From: Camelus dromedarius
Taxonomy: Eukaryota
Length of the DNA stretch: 64,000 bases
NCBI RefSeq assembly: GCF_036321535.1
Contig: NC_087438.1
Span: 622,001 to 686,000, forward strand
Direction of reading: 5' to 3'
The position numbers and the translations under genes were made by a program. The notes below the pieces were generated by a model. The model did not search any database. It saw only the letters and a program-made list of their open reading frames with translations, and was not told the DNA's origin. Each line of letters opens with the position of its first letter. Position 1 is the first letter of the stretch. Positions 12,601-26,419 of this stretch are shown in pieces.

Positions 12601-15282
12601 GGGAGCCGGGCCGCCTCATCGCTCCGCAGGTCTGGCTGGCGCTGCAGGCCTATCTGCACGGCCCAGACCTCTGCTCTGAAGAGGGAGTTCCCTCTTTCTC
12701 GTAAAAGAGAGGCATTAACCCTTTGTACTCTGCTCTCTCCACAGAGGGCGCTGCCCCAGCGTCCTCCAGAAGGGAGCCCCACGCCCGGCTTCTATTCCTG
12801 AGTGCTATCCACTCCCAGGCCCCGCCGGACCCCAGACCGCACCCTGGCCTCAGCCTGGCAGGGCCTCATCGTGGAGGGGGTCTTCCTTCTCGGGACCCCA
12901 GACTGGCCTCACTCTCTCAGAGCGGCCTGCAGACGCCTGCCCCACTGCCCCTGCTGCAAAGCGGCCCTGCAGGAGGGACGCCCCAGAGCATCTGCGGCCT
13001 GGATGCTGGTTAACACTTAACGCTGAACATCAGTCCTGCCCTCCAGCCTCACATCGGTGGCCAGGACTTGGATCCACTTAGATCCCAGCACGGGTGATAC
13101 AGGAGGCGCGGGCAGCTGGCCAGTGGCACACAGGAGTTCTGTCTACACCGCTGGACATCACACATCTTCCCGTGGGCCTCCGCTTCCGAGTTCCGCCCCA
13201 GCCTGGCTGCCCTGCTGCTGCACCCCAGCTGCATGGCGGGGTGGAGAGGCCGTCTGCAGCGGCCTCGTGGACAGCAGCCCAGTGGACAGTGGCCCTGCAA
13301 AGGTAACCCCAGCCCAAGGCCATCCCTCCCCCATTGCAGGAACCTCCTGAGGTCAGCTCAGGACCGGGGCCCCAGGTCTGCTGGGCAGAGGCCCCCTCCA
13401 TGGCAGGTTCTGCAGCAGGAGGGAGGCGAGGCCAGACCCTTGCCCATGGGGCCTAACCTGGCAGACACCTCTGGCCACACCAGCCATCCCCTCCGTGGTC
13501 TGTGATGCCTCAGCCCTGACCAGCTCTGGCCCACACAAGGCCCCTCACCCTCCCCAGGCACCCCCTCTTTCCAATGGCCCCGCAAGTACTTCATCCAGCC
13601 TCCTACCCGGTAGCCTGTAAGCTCGCTCCACCCCTCAAAGAGGGGACATTTGGGATCAAGTACTTGAAAGAAATACCCTGAGATTCAGTTGAGCCTCAGC
13701 CACTGAGGGAGGGACAGACGGTGCCATGTGGCTCCTGCCCCTCCCAGGTTCCATAGTGAGAAGGGGGCGCACTCTCCACCAGCACACAGGACACCACCAA
13801 TGAGCAGGACCCATCCAAGCGCTGGGACAGCAGGGAATTCCAGGGCCCACCCAGCCCCGCAGGGCTGCCGGGCAGAGGCAGGTTAGCACGCCCTAGAACA
13901 CTCGGCACACATCCAGCCCCACTGGCCCCCAGGGCCCTCTACTTCCCCAGCAGTGCTGAGAGCCCAGCTGAGCACACGGCCCGGGACCCACACACCAGGC
14001 AGTCCCCCCACAGCCCCCCAAACACGCACGCGGGACAGTACGGCTGCCCCAGTGCCTCCAGGCTGCCCTTCGTGGAGTCCCCCTGGGCCAACTCAGTGCC
14101 CCGTGGCCTCAGACCCTGACTCACTGCCCCAAGGTGCCTGTCTCAGGCCAGGCTCACCTCGCAGGCCACAGCACTTCACTCAACGCAGGGGCTGCACCCC
14201 AGGGGGCTGCATGAGGGGGGCTGATTTCCTGGGGTGGAGACTGCTGGTCCTTGTTACCATCCCACTGGCCCACACGTGGGGTCAGGCCCAGCACACAATA
14301 CACGGACAGCCACCGGCCACATGCCCACATCAATGGAGGTGGCCACACAAGCAAACAGTCTGTCTGCAGGGCCAGCTGCTCCCCACTCCAGGCCACAGCC
14401 CACCTTATGAATAGAGACAGGTGGGTGGTGGGTTCGCCTGGACGGAGCCCCTTCTGCCTCCTTCACTCCCAGTGACTGGGTGCCCCCACCTGCACGAGGA
14501 GGCTGCAGCTCAAAGAAGCCCACTTGTCTGGACAGTCACATGGCCGGGACATCAGAACCAGAATGGCTCCAAAGCCCATGGTCTCCGCGTGGATGGGGCT
14601 GAGGTTCACATCTGAAGGCCACCCCCACCTGCTGGTGGCACTGTCCTCAGTGCCCAAAACCTGCCTGCACAAGTGTCCCCTTCTGAAAGACCATGCTGAC
14701 CACCGCCCAGGTGCTGTGGTGTCCTGCTTTCCCCATCGCACCATAAATCACGTGCTGGTTCCTGCAGCTGCTGGAACCCCCAGGAAGAGGGCAGAGACCT
14801 CCTGGTCAGTGATACACCCCAGGATCATAGTGGACCCGATGTGGACACTCACAGTGTTCACTGAACAGACCGTAGCTGATGGAAACCAGTGCCCAGCGGC
14901 CCGGACTAGGCCAGCCCCTCGGGGCGCTGCGGGCAGAGCTGGACCCTCGGAGGCACCCCTCACACCCAGACTCCCCACTGTCCACAGATGCCCACCCAGC
15001 ACAGCGTCGAGATCAGGAGGTCCGGGAACTTCCCGGAGGAAGAGACCACAGAGCTGGATCGAAGAGGCTTCCCATGCTAGGAAAAGGGCACGCAAGCTGG
15101 GAACAGAGTTCAGATCAGGACGCAGGTGTCAGCACGGCCGCCCTCTGCGAGTGCGATGTGGCTCCTGCCATTCAACCAGCAGGGTCTGCTGGGGGCCGAG
15201 AGGGAAAGAACAGGAATCCTGACACCCCAGTGTGTGACCCAACGCTGTGACCGCCAAGCGTGCTCTACCCACCAGCCCGCGA

Positions 15283-15370
15283 GCACACACACACACCTGC
15301 ACACAAGCTCATACAAACGTGCACAGAAGTGCGCTGTGCACACACACCCACACATGCACACACGCAGAGA
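15283..15370. repeat. CA-rich low-complexity tract
   Basis: Directly visible. Confidence 0.8.
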
Positions 15371-18300
15371 CACGGGTGCCCACGTGTCACGCAAGGGCTC
15401 GGCAGGAGAACCTAGAACATTCTCCCTCCATTTCTAAGAAAAGGACCAGCTGCCTGGAGCTGGCCCCAGAGCCCCTGTGAGCGCCGGGGGTGCAAGACCC
15501 AGGCTATGCGCCAGGAGGCAGCGCCCCACTCTCCGCGAGTCTCCAGCCCCTTTGCTGTCCTTTGCCTTTAAAAGCAGGATCCGGCACAAAACACACGTTC
15601 TGTAACCTCCCCTGGCCCTCCGTCCAGCATCACGAAATCTTCCCGAATGACGTCCAGAGCCTGGACCACCCACGGTGATTCCCACGGAGACCGGGCAGAC
15701 GCTGACCCCTCAGCCCGAAGGGACAGCTGGACAGCCGGCGCCGCCTGCCCTTCCTGCTCTGCTCCAGGCCAGCGTGACGCGTCCCTTCCTTCCTGCAACC
15801 CAGTGAGGGAGCTACTGCTCCGAGGCCTCGCCCAGCCGGACGGAACCTGGAAGCTTTGTCTCGGGCCCAATCTTCGGCCACACGGCCCCCGATCTCCACG
15901 TCCCCAGGCCCAGAGCCTCAGCTTTGTGGTCTAGCCATCTGGCAGCGGCAGCCCCTCAAGGGTCTCACACACAACAGCAGAAAGTGTGCTGACAGCCTCC
16001 GAGGTCCCTGTGCCTCCTGAGCCCCCGCGGGTCAAAGGTGATATTCCCCAGGGCAGCCTGGGTCAGCGGGTGGGGGACACAGCGCCCCTTCACAGAGGGC
16101 CAGAGACCCCCGGGGGGGCCAGCAGGACCTGAGCAGCAGAGCATGAAATCACAGAGAAAGATCCAAAAAGAGGAACAATGAGGAAGGAAGAGGAAGCCCA
16201 AGTAGAGCTGCAGGCAGTTCCTGGAGGAACAGGCCCCAGCCGGGCGGGAACACCACCCCTCCAGGGCTGCCCTACTGGGCCCTGCGGAGGAGGGCAGGCG
16301 GGGTCGGGCAGACCCTCCTGGGGGCGCAAGCGGCAACTTCTAAGACACTGGGACCCCCCCCCCCCGCACCACCCACAGGCCAGCTGCCGGAAGGACTCAA
16401 GTCAAAGCAGCAGGGGCAATTCAAGGGCAAGGCCTGGTGTGGGCCAGCCGTGCGGATGGAGGCGCAGGGCTCCAACAGCCGGAATGGGTCCGGCCCCACA
16501 TGCGGACAACAGGGCTCCCATCAGGAGCAGAAGCAGCCCAGGATGGATGCACGGACGGACGGCTCCCTCCACCTCCAGGTGTCACAGGTTCATAACTATG
16601 CCCTCGGCCTCGGCCGGGCAGGCCCAAGCCTGCTCTCACTAAGCTCTGGGCCAGGCCAGGTGGGCCTGCAGAGGGGGCTGCTGCTCCCCCCTCACCTGGG
16701 GGTCCCACGCCTCCTACTTCCACGGCAGCCCCAGGGACACCTAGGAAGGGTCTCCCCAAACTTGCTTCACCACCACCCGGAGGCCTGCCCAGGAAGCCAG
16801 GTGCCTCCCTGTGTGTTCAAAGGCCAGTCACGGAGTTGGAGAGGAACTTCAGTGAACGCGGGCTGGACCACAGGGCAAGGACCCCCACATGGGCCCTCAG
16901 AGGGGGCTCCAGCCAGCTGCCCAGCTCCTGTCCCATCAGCAAGCAGGGGGTGACACCACTTCCCCAGACCCCCCTCATGGAGCCCAACAAAGGACCTCTC
17001 TGGGCAACAACTGTGGCCTGACGGCTTACAGTAAAACTCAAGTCCAGCCAAGCAGACCCTAAAAGACAAGAGCATGCATGCCTGTGGCCCCACAAGGGCT
17101 CGGACCCAGTCTGGAAGTCTTCCTGCCCAGCGCAGAACACAGAGCACGCAAATCCTGGGTTTGAGTTCTGTGCCAGCTCAGCCACGTGTCACAAGTTCAG
17201 CTCAGACCCTAAAGGGTTTCTTGAAAGGCGTGCAGGGAGCCCGCCCTTGGCGTTTGCCAGTGCTCCTGCCTGAGGTCACGCAGGCAAACAGGATTCCAGA
17301 TGAGCTGGTGGAGCTGAAGTGGGAATAGGGCTGAGAAAGCAGGAGCCTCGGAGTGAGAGGGGCTGGGGGCTTGAGGGCAGCCGGGCGATGCTCGCAGGCC
17401 CGGGGGCGCCGCTCGACAGAAAAGACAATGGGGCCAAAACCAGCCACACTCCAAGCCTACAGAGAGCGAGCATGGCCCACCCGAGAAGGGCCAGCAGACT
17501 GGGAGCCGGGCATCCAGGAAGGTGCCCAGGGTCCCCTGAGGACACAACAGCTCCTGGTATCAGGTGCGGCCCGGCGGGCTGGAGCAATGGTGAGAGAAAG
17601 GCTGGGCCGTGGACTCTGGTTTTGTGCCTCCCAGCCAGGCGGCAGTCATGACCAGTCCCGTACCCACATGCAGGGGAAAGCGGGATGGGCGCCTTAGGAA
17701 GGGGGCAGGACCCCACCAACCCACCCCCGCCCACCGGGACAGCACCTTCACAGGGGCTCCTAACAGTGCCCCAGGGGCTGCCCGGCTTTCCTGCCAGGAC
17801 AGGGGGCTCCAGAGGATCAAGGCCTGGGCCCAGGACCTGCTGCCTCCACTGATCTCAGCCTGTTTCCTGCTTGGAGCAGGGCAGCCCCTCCCAAACACTG
17901 GCTAGTGACCCCCAAATTCTACAGGGGTGCTGACCCAGAGATGAAGCAGCTCACTCAGGGTGACCCATCCCTCAGCTGCAGAGAAGTGGGGCTAGGAGCC
18001 TGGATGATGAAGTAACAGGATGGGGACCACCCCCACCCCGCCCGAGAAAGTGAAAGTGCCAGGGACCTCCTGATCCCAGAAGCAAAGACGGCGAGGACAC
18101 TCCGCCGGAACTAGCTCCGTGGGGTTTGGCGGGGCCCCCTCCCCGACCCGCCAGGGCCCTGCTGTCCTTCTGCCGATGGCCCCGCAGAGCCTGGGCCTAA
18201 CCACGGTCAGCCGGGCTTATCTGACTGGTGGCCCTTTGCCCCAGCGCGCAAGAGCAGAGCCGAGGGTGGAGGCGGCCGGGAAGGAAGCAGGCAGGCGCTC

Positions 18301-18649
18301 CAGCCCCGGGAAGCCTCACCACGAGATCCCGAGGCCCTACTGGCTGACAAGCCTGGGGAGCCTGGGGGGCCTGGGGGGCCTGGGAACTCGGGCCGGAGAG
18401 AGAGGCTCCTCCTCCGTCTCCATAGCTACCCAAGGCGTCCCACACCTCCCCAAGTGCCCCATCCCGAGTGAGGGAAAAGTGCTTCCTGTGTCCCGAGGGG
18501 GTGGGCAACGGGGACGCAGCAAAGGAGAACCCACAGGCCCCTGGGCCCTATCGCCTTGCGCCCCCACCACGAAGCTTGGTGACGGGGCTCTGGAGGCAGG
18601 AGGGGAGGGGGCGGTGAGAGGGGAACCACAGGAGCAAACAGAGCAGTGG

Positions 18650-19640
18650 GGACTAGTGAGGAGAAGAGGAACCGGTAGGGGGCCGGGGAGGCGGGGAGGG
18701 GGCGGAGAGCAGCCCCAAACCCCTTCTTCGGGCGGCGTCCCGGCCCACCCCCTCCGGGCCTCTCCCGGGTCGCCCTCCCCCTCCCTTCCCCACCGCGGGG
18801 AACTCTCCCGCCTCCCGGGCCTCCCTCCTCCTCCTTCCAGGGCCGCCCCCTCCTCCCTGGCCACCCTCCGCTCCCGTGCCGGCCCTGGCCACCCCAGCCG
18901 GCCGTGCGCAGCCCGGCCTCCGCCTTTGTCCCGCAGGCGGGCAGGTGCGGCCGCGCTCACCCGGACTCGGGAAGTCGGGCCCGCCGCCCTCGGGGGGACC
19001 CGGCGCCTCGGTCTGCTCGGCCACCTCATCCTGGCCGCCGTCCTCCCGCGCCTCCACAGGCACCACGGTGAAGTTGGTGGGCATGGCGCGCTCGGCAGTC
19101 GGGCCGCTCAAAGCGCCCTGCTCCGCTCCGCTCCGCGCGCCCCGGCCCGGCTCCGCCCGCTCCGGCCAACGCGCCGGGACTAGAGCGCAGGGGCGGGGTC
19201 CGCGAGGCCCGCCCCCGGCCCGCCCGCCCCACGTGACCGCACCTGCGGTCCCCGCGGGCCCTGGAAAAGTTTGCGTGCCGCCTGGCGGGGCGGGGCGAGG
19301 TGTGGCGGAGCGCCTTCCGCAGAGAGCCCCCCTCTCCCAGCCTGCTCCCGGAGGCTGCCTGCGCCCCCGGACCCCAGTGCCGCCGCTCCCCCAGCGGCTG
19401 ACTCGGTTCCTGCACTGCCCGCCCCACCTCCTGCCCCAAGCAGGCCTCTGCCTGCTCTGTCCCCCCACCAAGCCCGCACTTCCACCCCCTCCCGCAACTG
19501 CACCCACCTCTGCCTTCACTGTCCCTCCCCAGTCCTCTCTGTCCCCCACCTGCAGCCAGAGAGTGGGACTGACCACCTGGGGCGGTGATCCGGTCTCCCC
19601 TCCCCTCCCCCTCGCCGGGCTGAGGCTCACCAGCCAGGGA
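18650..19640 (-). promoter_or_regulatory. SLC12A7: CpG island / TATA-less promoter of canonical SLC12A7
   Basis: Dense CpG around exon 1; GC boxes (ggggcgggg ~19190, ~19287); E-box CACGTG 19230-19235. Boundaries approximate. Confidence 0.85.
18961..19084 (-). CDS. SLC12A7: SLC12A7 canonical coding exon 1
   Basis: gccATG at 19084; MPTNFTVVPVEAREDGGQDEVAEQTEAPGPPEGGGPDFPSP(G) matches the KCC4 N-terminus. Donor |GTGAGC; 124 nt (phase 1), in frame with exon 2. Confidence 0.96.
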
Positions 19641-20944
19641 TCCAGGGAAGCGCTTCCAGCAGGGGGGCCAGTCTAGGGGCTCCGTGCACAACGGACATAA
19701 CCCCACAGACACAAGTCACCAGGGCTCTGGGACACGACCTCTGCCCACTGGGGACCCCAGGCCCATCCCCGCGGCTCAGAGGAGCCCTCCCCTGCCCATA
19801 CCCCACTGGGGCACATCTGGGCAGGCCCCAAGGGTAGCTTGCAGTACAGAGCAGGAAAGGCCGCAAGGTGGGCTTGGGACCCCAGCCAGGCACTTACCAG
19901 GATCTAGGGGCCTCGTATCCTCCAAGCACCTGGAAATTTATTAAAGACACAGGAAAGCCGGCAACAACCAATGTCCATGAAAGAGAAGTTGGTCCAAAAA
20001 GTTGTGACATTTGGATGCAATGATCACCCCAAAACAGTTTTACAAAAGTAGAGCAGAAATACAGGCGGTGTGGGCAAAGATGGTCACAACACACTGTAAC
20101 AACAAGCAGATGCGCGGGTGGGATCGAGCGTGAACCTGCGTGGGCTTCTCCGGGCCTGAGGCAGGGAAGCGCTGTGTACGTCGGGGTGGGGGCCCCAGGG
20201 GCTCTGCACTTCCAGGCACTGTGCTCCCCTCAACAGCCAAACCACAGAAAATCACAACGAGGAATGCCACGCGCAGCAAAAGACAACGGAGAAGCAGGTA
20301 GGGCGTCTCAGTTAGGCAGAAGCTGGGCACCTGGGCCCTCCAGGGATGTTTCCCTGTGACCCCGCCCCCAACCAGCACCAGCCTTCTGAGTTGGGCCACG
20401 CTCACACCCACCTACACATAAGGAAGGGGCTGGAGTGTCACATGGCAGAGGTCAGGGCTGCGGGTGGCACTAGGTGGCTGTTAGCTCCTTCTCCACGTCA
20501 GCAGCATGGAAGGTGGGAAAAAGACCACCCCAAAAGACAGGGGGGTCCCCAGGTGTCCTTCCCAGGGAGGCGGCCCGCCCTCTTGGAAAGGTGTGAGCAT
20601 CAGTCTGCGAAACCAAGGATGTGGTGCTGAAGTGGGTGGTGGGAGCACAGGCACCTCATAGGGTCCCCTGCACCCCTGCCACTGGGTGCTGGGCACACCC
20701 TCTCCCCAGGCCCCGCAAGGACCCCATGTCTGCCCCACATGCAGTGGCTCAGAAGGGGCTGTGGCCTCTTCCCTGGACCTGGGAACCTCCACACCTGAGA
20801 CCCCGGCCCCACATGTCCTCCAGGACAGCAGGTCCGCAGCCCAGAAAGATGAGGCCACAGCTGACTCTGGGGTGGCAAAGTTGGAGGACCAACCACAGCC
20901 TCTGAAAGAGACGGGAGACACCCTCCCAGCCCCCTGCAAACAAT

Positions 20945-20995
20945 CCTTCACCTCTGGCCACAGTTTCCTCATCTGTAAGATAAGGGCTGGACCTG
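20945..20995 (+). mobile_element. MIR core fragment
   Basis: cacagtttcctcatctgtaagataagg matches the MIR core motif. Confidence 0.55.
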
Positions 20996-23900
20996 TGCTG
21001 GCTCCTGTGGTCATCAACACAGCTGGACGGAGCCGAGACCCACCCTGGGAGGTGGCTGCCCTCCTGCCCTTGGGGCTCTGCCAGTACAACCTCACCCTCC
21101 TTCGGGTGGCAATCAGGGCTCAGTCTGCAGAAGCCTTTGCCAGTGACCCCACAGCCAGCTCCCCACTGTGACCCCCTCTGTGACCCCACGTCCAGGCCCT
21201 TCACCCCCAGACTCCCTCAGATTCTCACTGTGACCCTATATCTGGGTCCCTCCACCCCCAGGACTCCTGCTGTGGTGCCCCAGCCCTGCCCACTCAGAAG
21301 CCCGCAGTCCACCCTGGGAACACATCCCCCAGCGCCTCGCTGGTTCCAGGGTTCTGCAGAACAATGGCCTGGCTGCTGAATCACATCATTGTCACCTGAG
21401 AGTGCAAACAGGACCCAGCCCTCAGCGGGCGGGCGAGAGGGGTGAGGAGGTGAAGGGGAAATGGAGGGGCAACTGTGAAGGACATTATGGGGCACATGGG
21501 AGTCCTCACACTATTGTTGCACTTTCCTGGAGCTTCAGAATTTTTCAAAATAAAACCATGTTCTAACTCTAGGTAGAAGCTCCTCGTTGCAGAGTGACAC
21601 ACAACCATATCTTGAAACATGTTGTCTCCACAACCTTCAGTGCCCCCAGGGAGTGGTGCTGACGTCCTGCTCCCAGCTGGCCCCACTCTGCCTGTCCCCG
21701 GCTCAGGATGTCTGGTGCTTGTGGCCGAGTGGCCCACTCCCGGTTCCAGGATGTCTCAGGCTCACCCCCCTGCTCCACCACCCCCAGGACCGGGGTGCAC
21801 ACAGAGGAGCAGGGAGCAGACCCCCAAGAAGTATTGTCAGGTTTGATCTGAAGACGTCCAGGTGGGACCCCCACCCCCACCCCCGCTGCAGACCCCGAGC
21901 CCTTGAGACCTCGCTGGGCTTCATTTCCTACAGAGCAAAGGAAGTCACATCAAAAGAAGGAGCAAGCTAGAAAGCCTGGGACTCGAGCGCCGGAGAGGAG
22001 TCACAGCCCTTTCACGGCCGGCTCGGGCTCTGTGCCGTGGGAGCCGTGCCCTCACTCCCGCCCCTCTCCCAGGACGCTGCCAGCTGGAGCGAACCGGAGG
22101 CTCCAGTATCTTTAAAGTCTGAGATGCCCAAATGCCGTCTTGTCCTCCAGCTCCCCTTCTGGCTCCACAAGTCATCTCTTTTCAAATGAGTCTTGGATAA
22201 ATGCTTGCTGTCAGCTCAGAGGAAAGTCCACACCAGTGTCCAAATGGGTTTAGATCCATCTGAACCGGCACTGAGAAGCCAGCTCCAGAGTCGGACGGAG
22301 GGTGAACCTGGGACTGACTTGGGGTCCCCGGAACTGTCGACCTCCCCTCTGCAGCACAGGCAGCCTCGGCTGAGGGACGGGAGGGTGGGAGGTGGGGGTG
22401 TCTAGTGGGTGGTGGGGGTTGAGTGGAACACAGCCTTGGCCAGGGGTGGGGAGAGCTGGGCCTGCAACCTTGGAAGGGGATTCCTGCCTGTCCTCCTCTA
22501 GGAGGACCCAGAGCCCGGATGAGAGTGTGCTAAGGCCCCGCCCGGAGAACTTTTCCCTGTAACCTGAGGACTTTGCAAAGACGTTCCAAAAACTACAGCA
22601 AAAGAAAGCAGCCTGCTAAGTGAAGCGGGGAGCCGCCGCCAGACCCAGCAGGGTCCTCCGCAGTAACAGCACGATGTTCAGGAAAGTAACTGGGAGCCAG
22701 ACAAGTGGACAAACCCTGACACCAGGGCCAAGGACCTCGCCCTGGGCACGGGCAGTCTCGGGAAGTCTCCCACTGGAGACAGGGTGCACCCCACCAGGAA
22801 AGTGAGAATGCGTCTGCAGGAGGTGGAGCCCTGGCCAGCACGGCCCGAGGGGGCTGGGGTGAGTCCTCAGCCATGGTCTTGAAAGTGGAGGGTCCTGGGC
22901 GACCGCACTCAGAACAAACTGGGCTGAAACCCCAAAGACGCTGACCATTGAGGAGGTTCTTCCAGGGGTGGCGAGGCGACTGGCGGGCCTCAGCCTGATT
23001 TCCGGGGAAGGCAGAGCCAGTCCAGATCAGCCGCTGGAGGGGCGGGGAGAGAGGCAGGCCCAACTCCCGGGAGGCTCGCAGCCTCCGCGATCATAGACAC
23101 GATTGTTTAAATTTTCAAAAAGGAAAGTGGCCTGCAGTTGTTGGGGACGAGCATGCCAGACCGTCCCCCACGGGTAGCCTGTTCCCGAAGAGGGTGGAGC
23201 GGCATTTTATAACTGGCCCAGAAAGGAGGACCCTGCCTCTTTCTTGTGAAACCAGAGTCTGATCTGTGAAAGTACAAGTGTTGCTCCCGACCTGAGACTG
23301 TACACGGAGGAGATAAAGAGGTTTTGGCAAGCTGGAAGAATTCACCCTCTGTTTGGCAGAACATGAGAGAGGTGCCACCGACACGTCGACATGTATCAAG
23401 CCCCTGGGCACTGGGGATGCAGACACCAGACCCACAGCTGCCACCACCCTCTCCCAACCCTGTCCACGGGCCACGGCTGGAGCCCAGACGCCTGGCACCC
23501 ACACGGCGATCCCCAGACTCCCCGAGGGCCGTCAGCCCCACAGAAGCGCTGGAGAGGCACACACCTCCGCTGGCCGTGTGGAAATGTCTGAAGCTACCCC
23601 TCCGTCCACCGCTGCCCACATACACTACTGTGTCTCACCCGTGTTCGAGGTCCCTGGGGGCCCAGGCAGCCAGTCCCGGCTCAGCCGTCAGGCCCCAGGA
23701 ACAGCAATGACTCTCAGGCCACGGGGCTCCGGGCCAAGTATCTCCCCTACCCTGCCGTCCCTCTGCTATCTCTGATCCAGCCCCTAGGCCCCTGGGCTCC
23801 CCCCAACCCCCACCCCCAGCCCGGCCCGAGATGACTCAGGGCATGGGCAGGGCCAGCACCAGAGCGACCCCGCCCTCTGGCCTCCTTGTACGTTCACAGG

Positions 23901-24289
23901 AGTGAGTGGACTTGACGCCACTGTACTGCACACTCGCATACGGTTAACATGGCCAATTTTATGTTATGCGTGCAGGGAGTGAGAGGGCCACCATCACTGA
24001 GGGCCACCATCACCAAGGGCCACTGTCACAGTCACCAGCACAGGGCCGCTGTCACAGAAAGCCCTCTCCCCAAGAGGGCCACACCTGAGCTCCCGCCATC
24101 AGGTCATCCCATCTTCTCCACAGAAGCCTCCCCCCTCGCCCCTGTTGGGGGGCCCCCCAACCACTTCTGCCAGATTCGAATCCATGTTCCACCACGAAAA
24201 TGTTTCATGTGCCTCAGTCCACCTCTCCCCACACGGCCCACAAGCATCGCTGCCTCGGTCTCCAGAAGTGTCTCGTCACGCACAGCTGA

Positions 24290-24590
24290 GGCTCGCCCCA
24301 CTGGACTGTGACTCCCCGTCCTCTCCCCAGCCCAGGACCACCGTCTGCTCTGGGTCTCTATGGATCTGACTCCTCCAGACCCTCGGGTAAGGGCAGTCCT
24401 GCAGTGTTTGTCCTCTTGTGACCAGCTCAGCACAACGTCCTCGGGGTGCACCCCTGCTGCAGCCTGTGTCAGAGGTCCCTTCCTTTTTAAGGCTGAATAA
24501 CATTCTGCATGTGGACGGGCCACGTTGTGTTTGTCCATCACCCACGGACGGACGCCTGGGTTGCTTCCTTCTCTTGACCGTTGTGAACAC
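24290..24590 (-). mobile_element. Old L1 (L1M-type) 3' fragment
   Basis: tctctatggatctg...ttcctttttaaggctgaataacattc...tgtttgtccatcac is typical of antisense L1MA/MB 3' sequence. Confidence 0.75.
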
Positions 24591-26419
24591 ATTTTCTTTA
24601 CCACGTGACTTCCCTTCTGTCAAGTGGTGTGGAACACTTTCCAGGGTATTTGTCTAAGTGAGAAACAGAAGCGTACATACTGCGTTACTATTTTTGTAAG
24701 AATCACACGCGCACACACACGACTCTGGGAGGATACGGGAGACACCTCGGTTGACAGAGGAAGGGGGCTGATTTCCGCTGGCTGCGCCCTGGACCCTCTA
24801 GGTTCCAGCACTGCCGAGACAAAAATACTTCACAACCATTTAAACTAAACGGCCGCCGCAGCCAGGAGATAAGCAGGTCACGCTCGGGCGCCCAGGAAGG
24901 TGATTTGTGCCCTATTATTACCCACAGCGCAGATAAGGTGAGGGAGGCCTGTCCCAAGGTCACAGCCGGGGTCCTGTGGCCAGGGGAGAGGCCCCGCGCC
25001 CATGGGCTGGGGGCTCCAGGCTGAGTCTCCGTGGGACACACGCGTGTGTGTCTGTGCGCCGTGGACCCGGGGCTGCGTGGGGGCCGGGGGGCCACAGGCT
25101 TGATTCTGCGAAACGTTTCCCAAACTGGCTGAGGTGTCACCGCATGTTTTAAACTTCAAATCTGCTTGACGAACTGAACCAGACCACCTCTTCTTCTGCA
25201 CTTTCTTCTCCACGAAGGGGAGAGAGAGGGAGGGATGCCCCATCAACCATCTCCAGGTTAGGGAACTGTCTCTTGGTTTAATCCCCTCGTTCATCTTTGG
25301 CTCGACTCACGTGAGAGCGGACCGAGGGCGGTGCTGGTGGGGGCAGCTGTGTCTGTAGAGAACAGCTTTTTTTGTGTAAATAGTGCACATCATTGATTAC
25401 TATTTTCTCAGGGCAACGAGCTAAAAATACATTTAAAAAGCTCTGATTGCCACTGAAGGGTGCCGAGGTCAAGCGGGCCTCACAGCTCAGAACCACCAAG
25501 TCAGCCTGTGCCCAACGCAAGAGACAGACGCTCTCGGAGACAACGTCCACGGGCCAAAACCTGTGGTCACAGGAGCAGTGAGCTGGGAGGGCAGGCAAAG
25601 TCAGGGGACAAGACCTTCTAACGGCGACACTCGTCTTCCGAGGAGAACGGGGCCACGGAGCAGAGAAGTGAACCAGCAAGGCGCTGCCACCTCAGCCCGG
25701 AGGCCAGAGAGGCCAGCGGGCCGGCGGCTGCCGCCCAGACTCGACACCAGCAACGTGGTTGGGAGTCAGAAAGGAAGGCAGAATGAAGACGCTTCCAGGT
25801 GGGTGAAACCTGAGAGAGTTCCTCCCAAGCTGAAGGTGGCTGGAATGAGGTTCCCAGCAGAAGCACAGAAGCACAGGACAACCAGAGGGTGAGGATGGAG
25901 GAAATGCGTCAGAACACGGACCTCGTAAGCCAGCAACAGCCCAGGGTGCGAGTCTAAGCGGTCGAAGCGTTAAATAGGTTTGTGGAGTTAACACGCAGCA
26001 ACGTCGGGAGGTGGGGGAGGCCCCGGCTCCTGAGCTCCGGGAGAAAGTGCTAATTTCCCCAAGCAAGCACAGGGCAACCCCAGGGAACGAGAGAAAGCGC
26101 AGCTGACCAGGTATCAGAGGGAGAGAACCGGAAAGTAAAAAGCACACGCTGACAGCCAAGGAGGCGAGAGGAGGCGAGAGCGGGGCGCCGTGGGAGGCGA
26201 GCCCTTCCGACTCCTCAGCTCCAGACGGCAGGCCTGACAGAGCTCCAGCGAGAAGCGGGCGCTGCCACACGGACAGTTATTCTGAGACGCTTTCAGTGGT
26301 GGACAGAACAAGTGGGCAGAAGCAAACACACGAGAAAACCAAGCTCAGCAGAGACAAAGTCGTGAACCACACACACGTGTAACGAGAGTGACAGGAGAAC
26401 GCGCACAGAGGGCTGAAGA

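Noticed and set aside
25311..25393. Possible third coding first exon MMCTIYTKKAVLY... ending at a GTGAGT donor
   Set aside because: 83 nt = phase 2, out of frame with exon 2 (phase 1).
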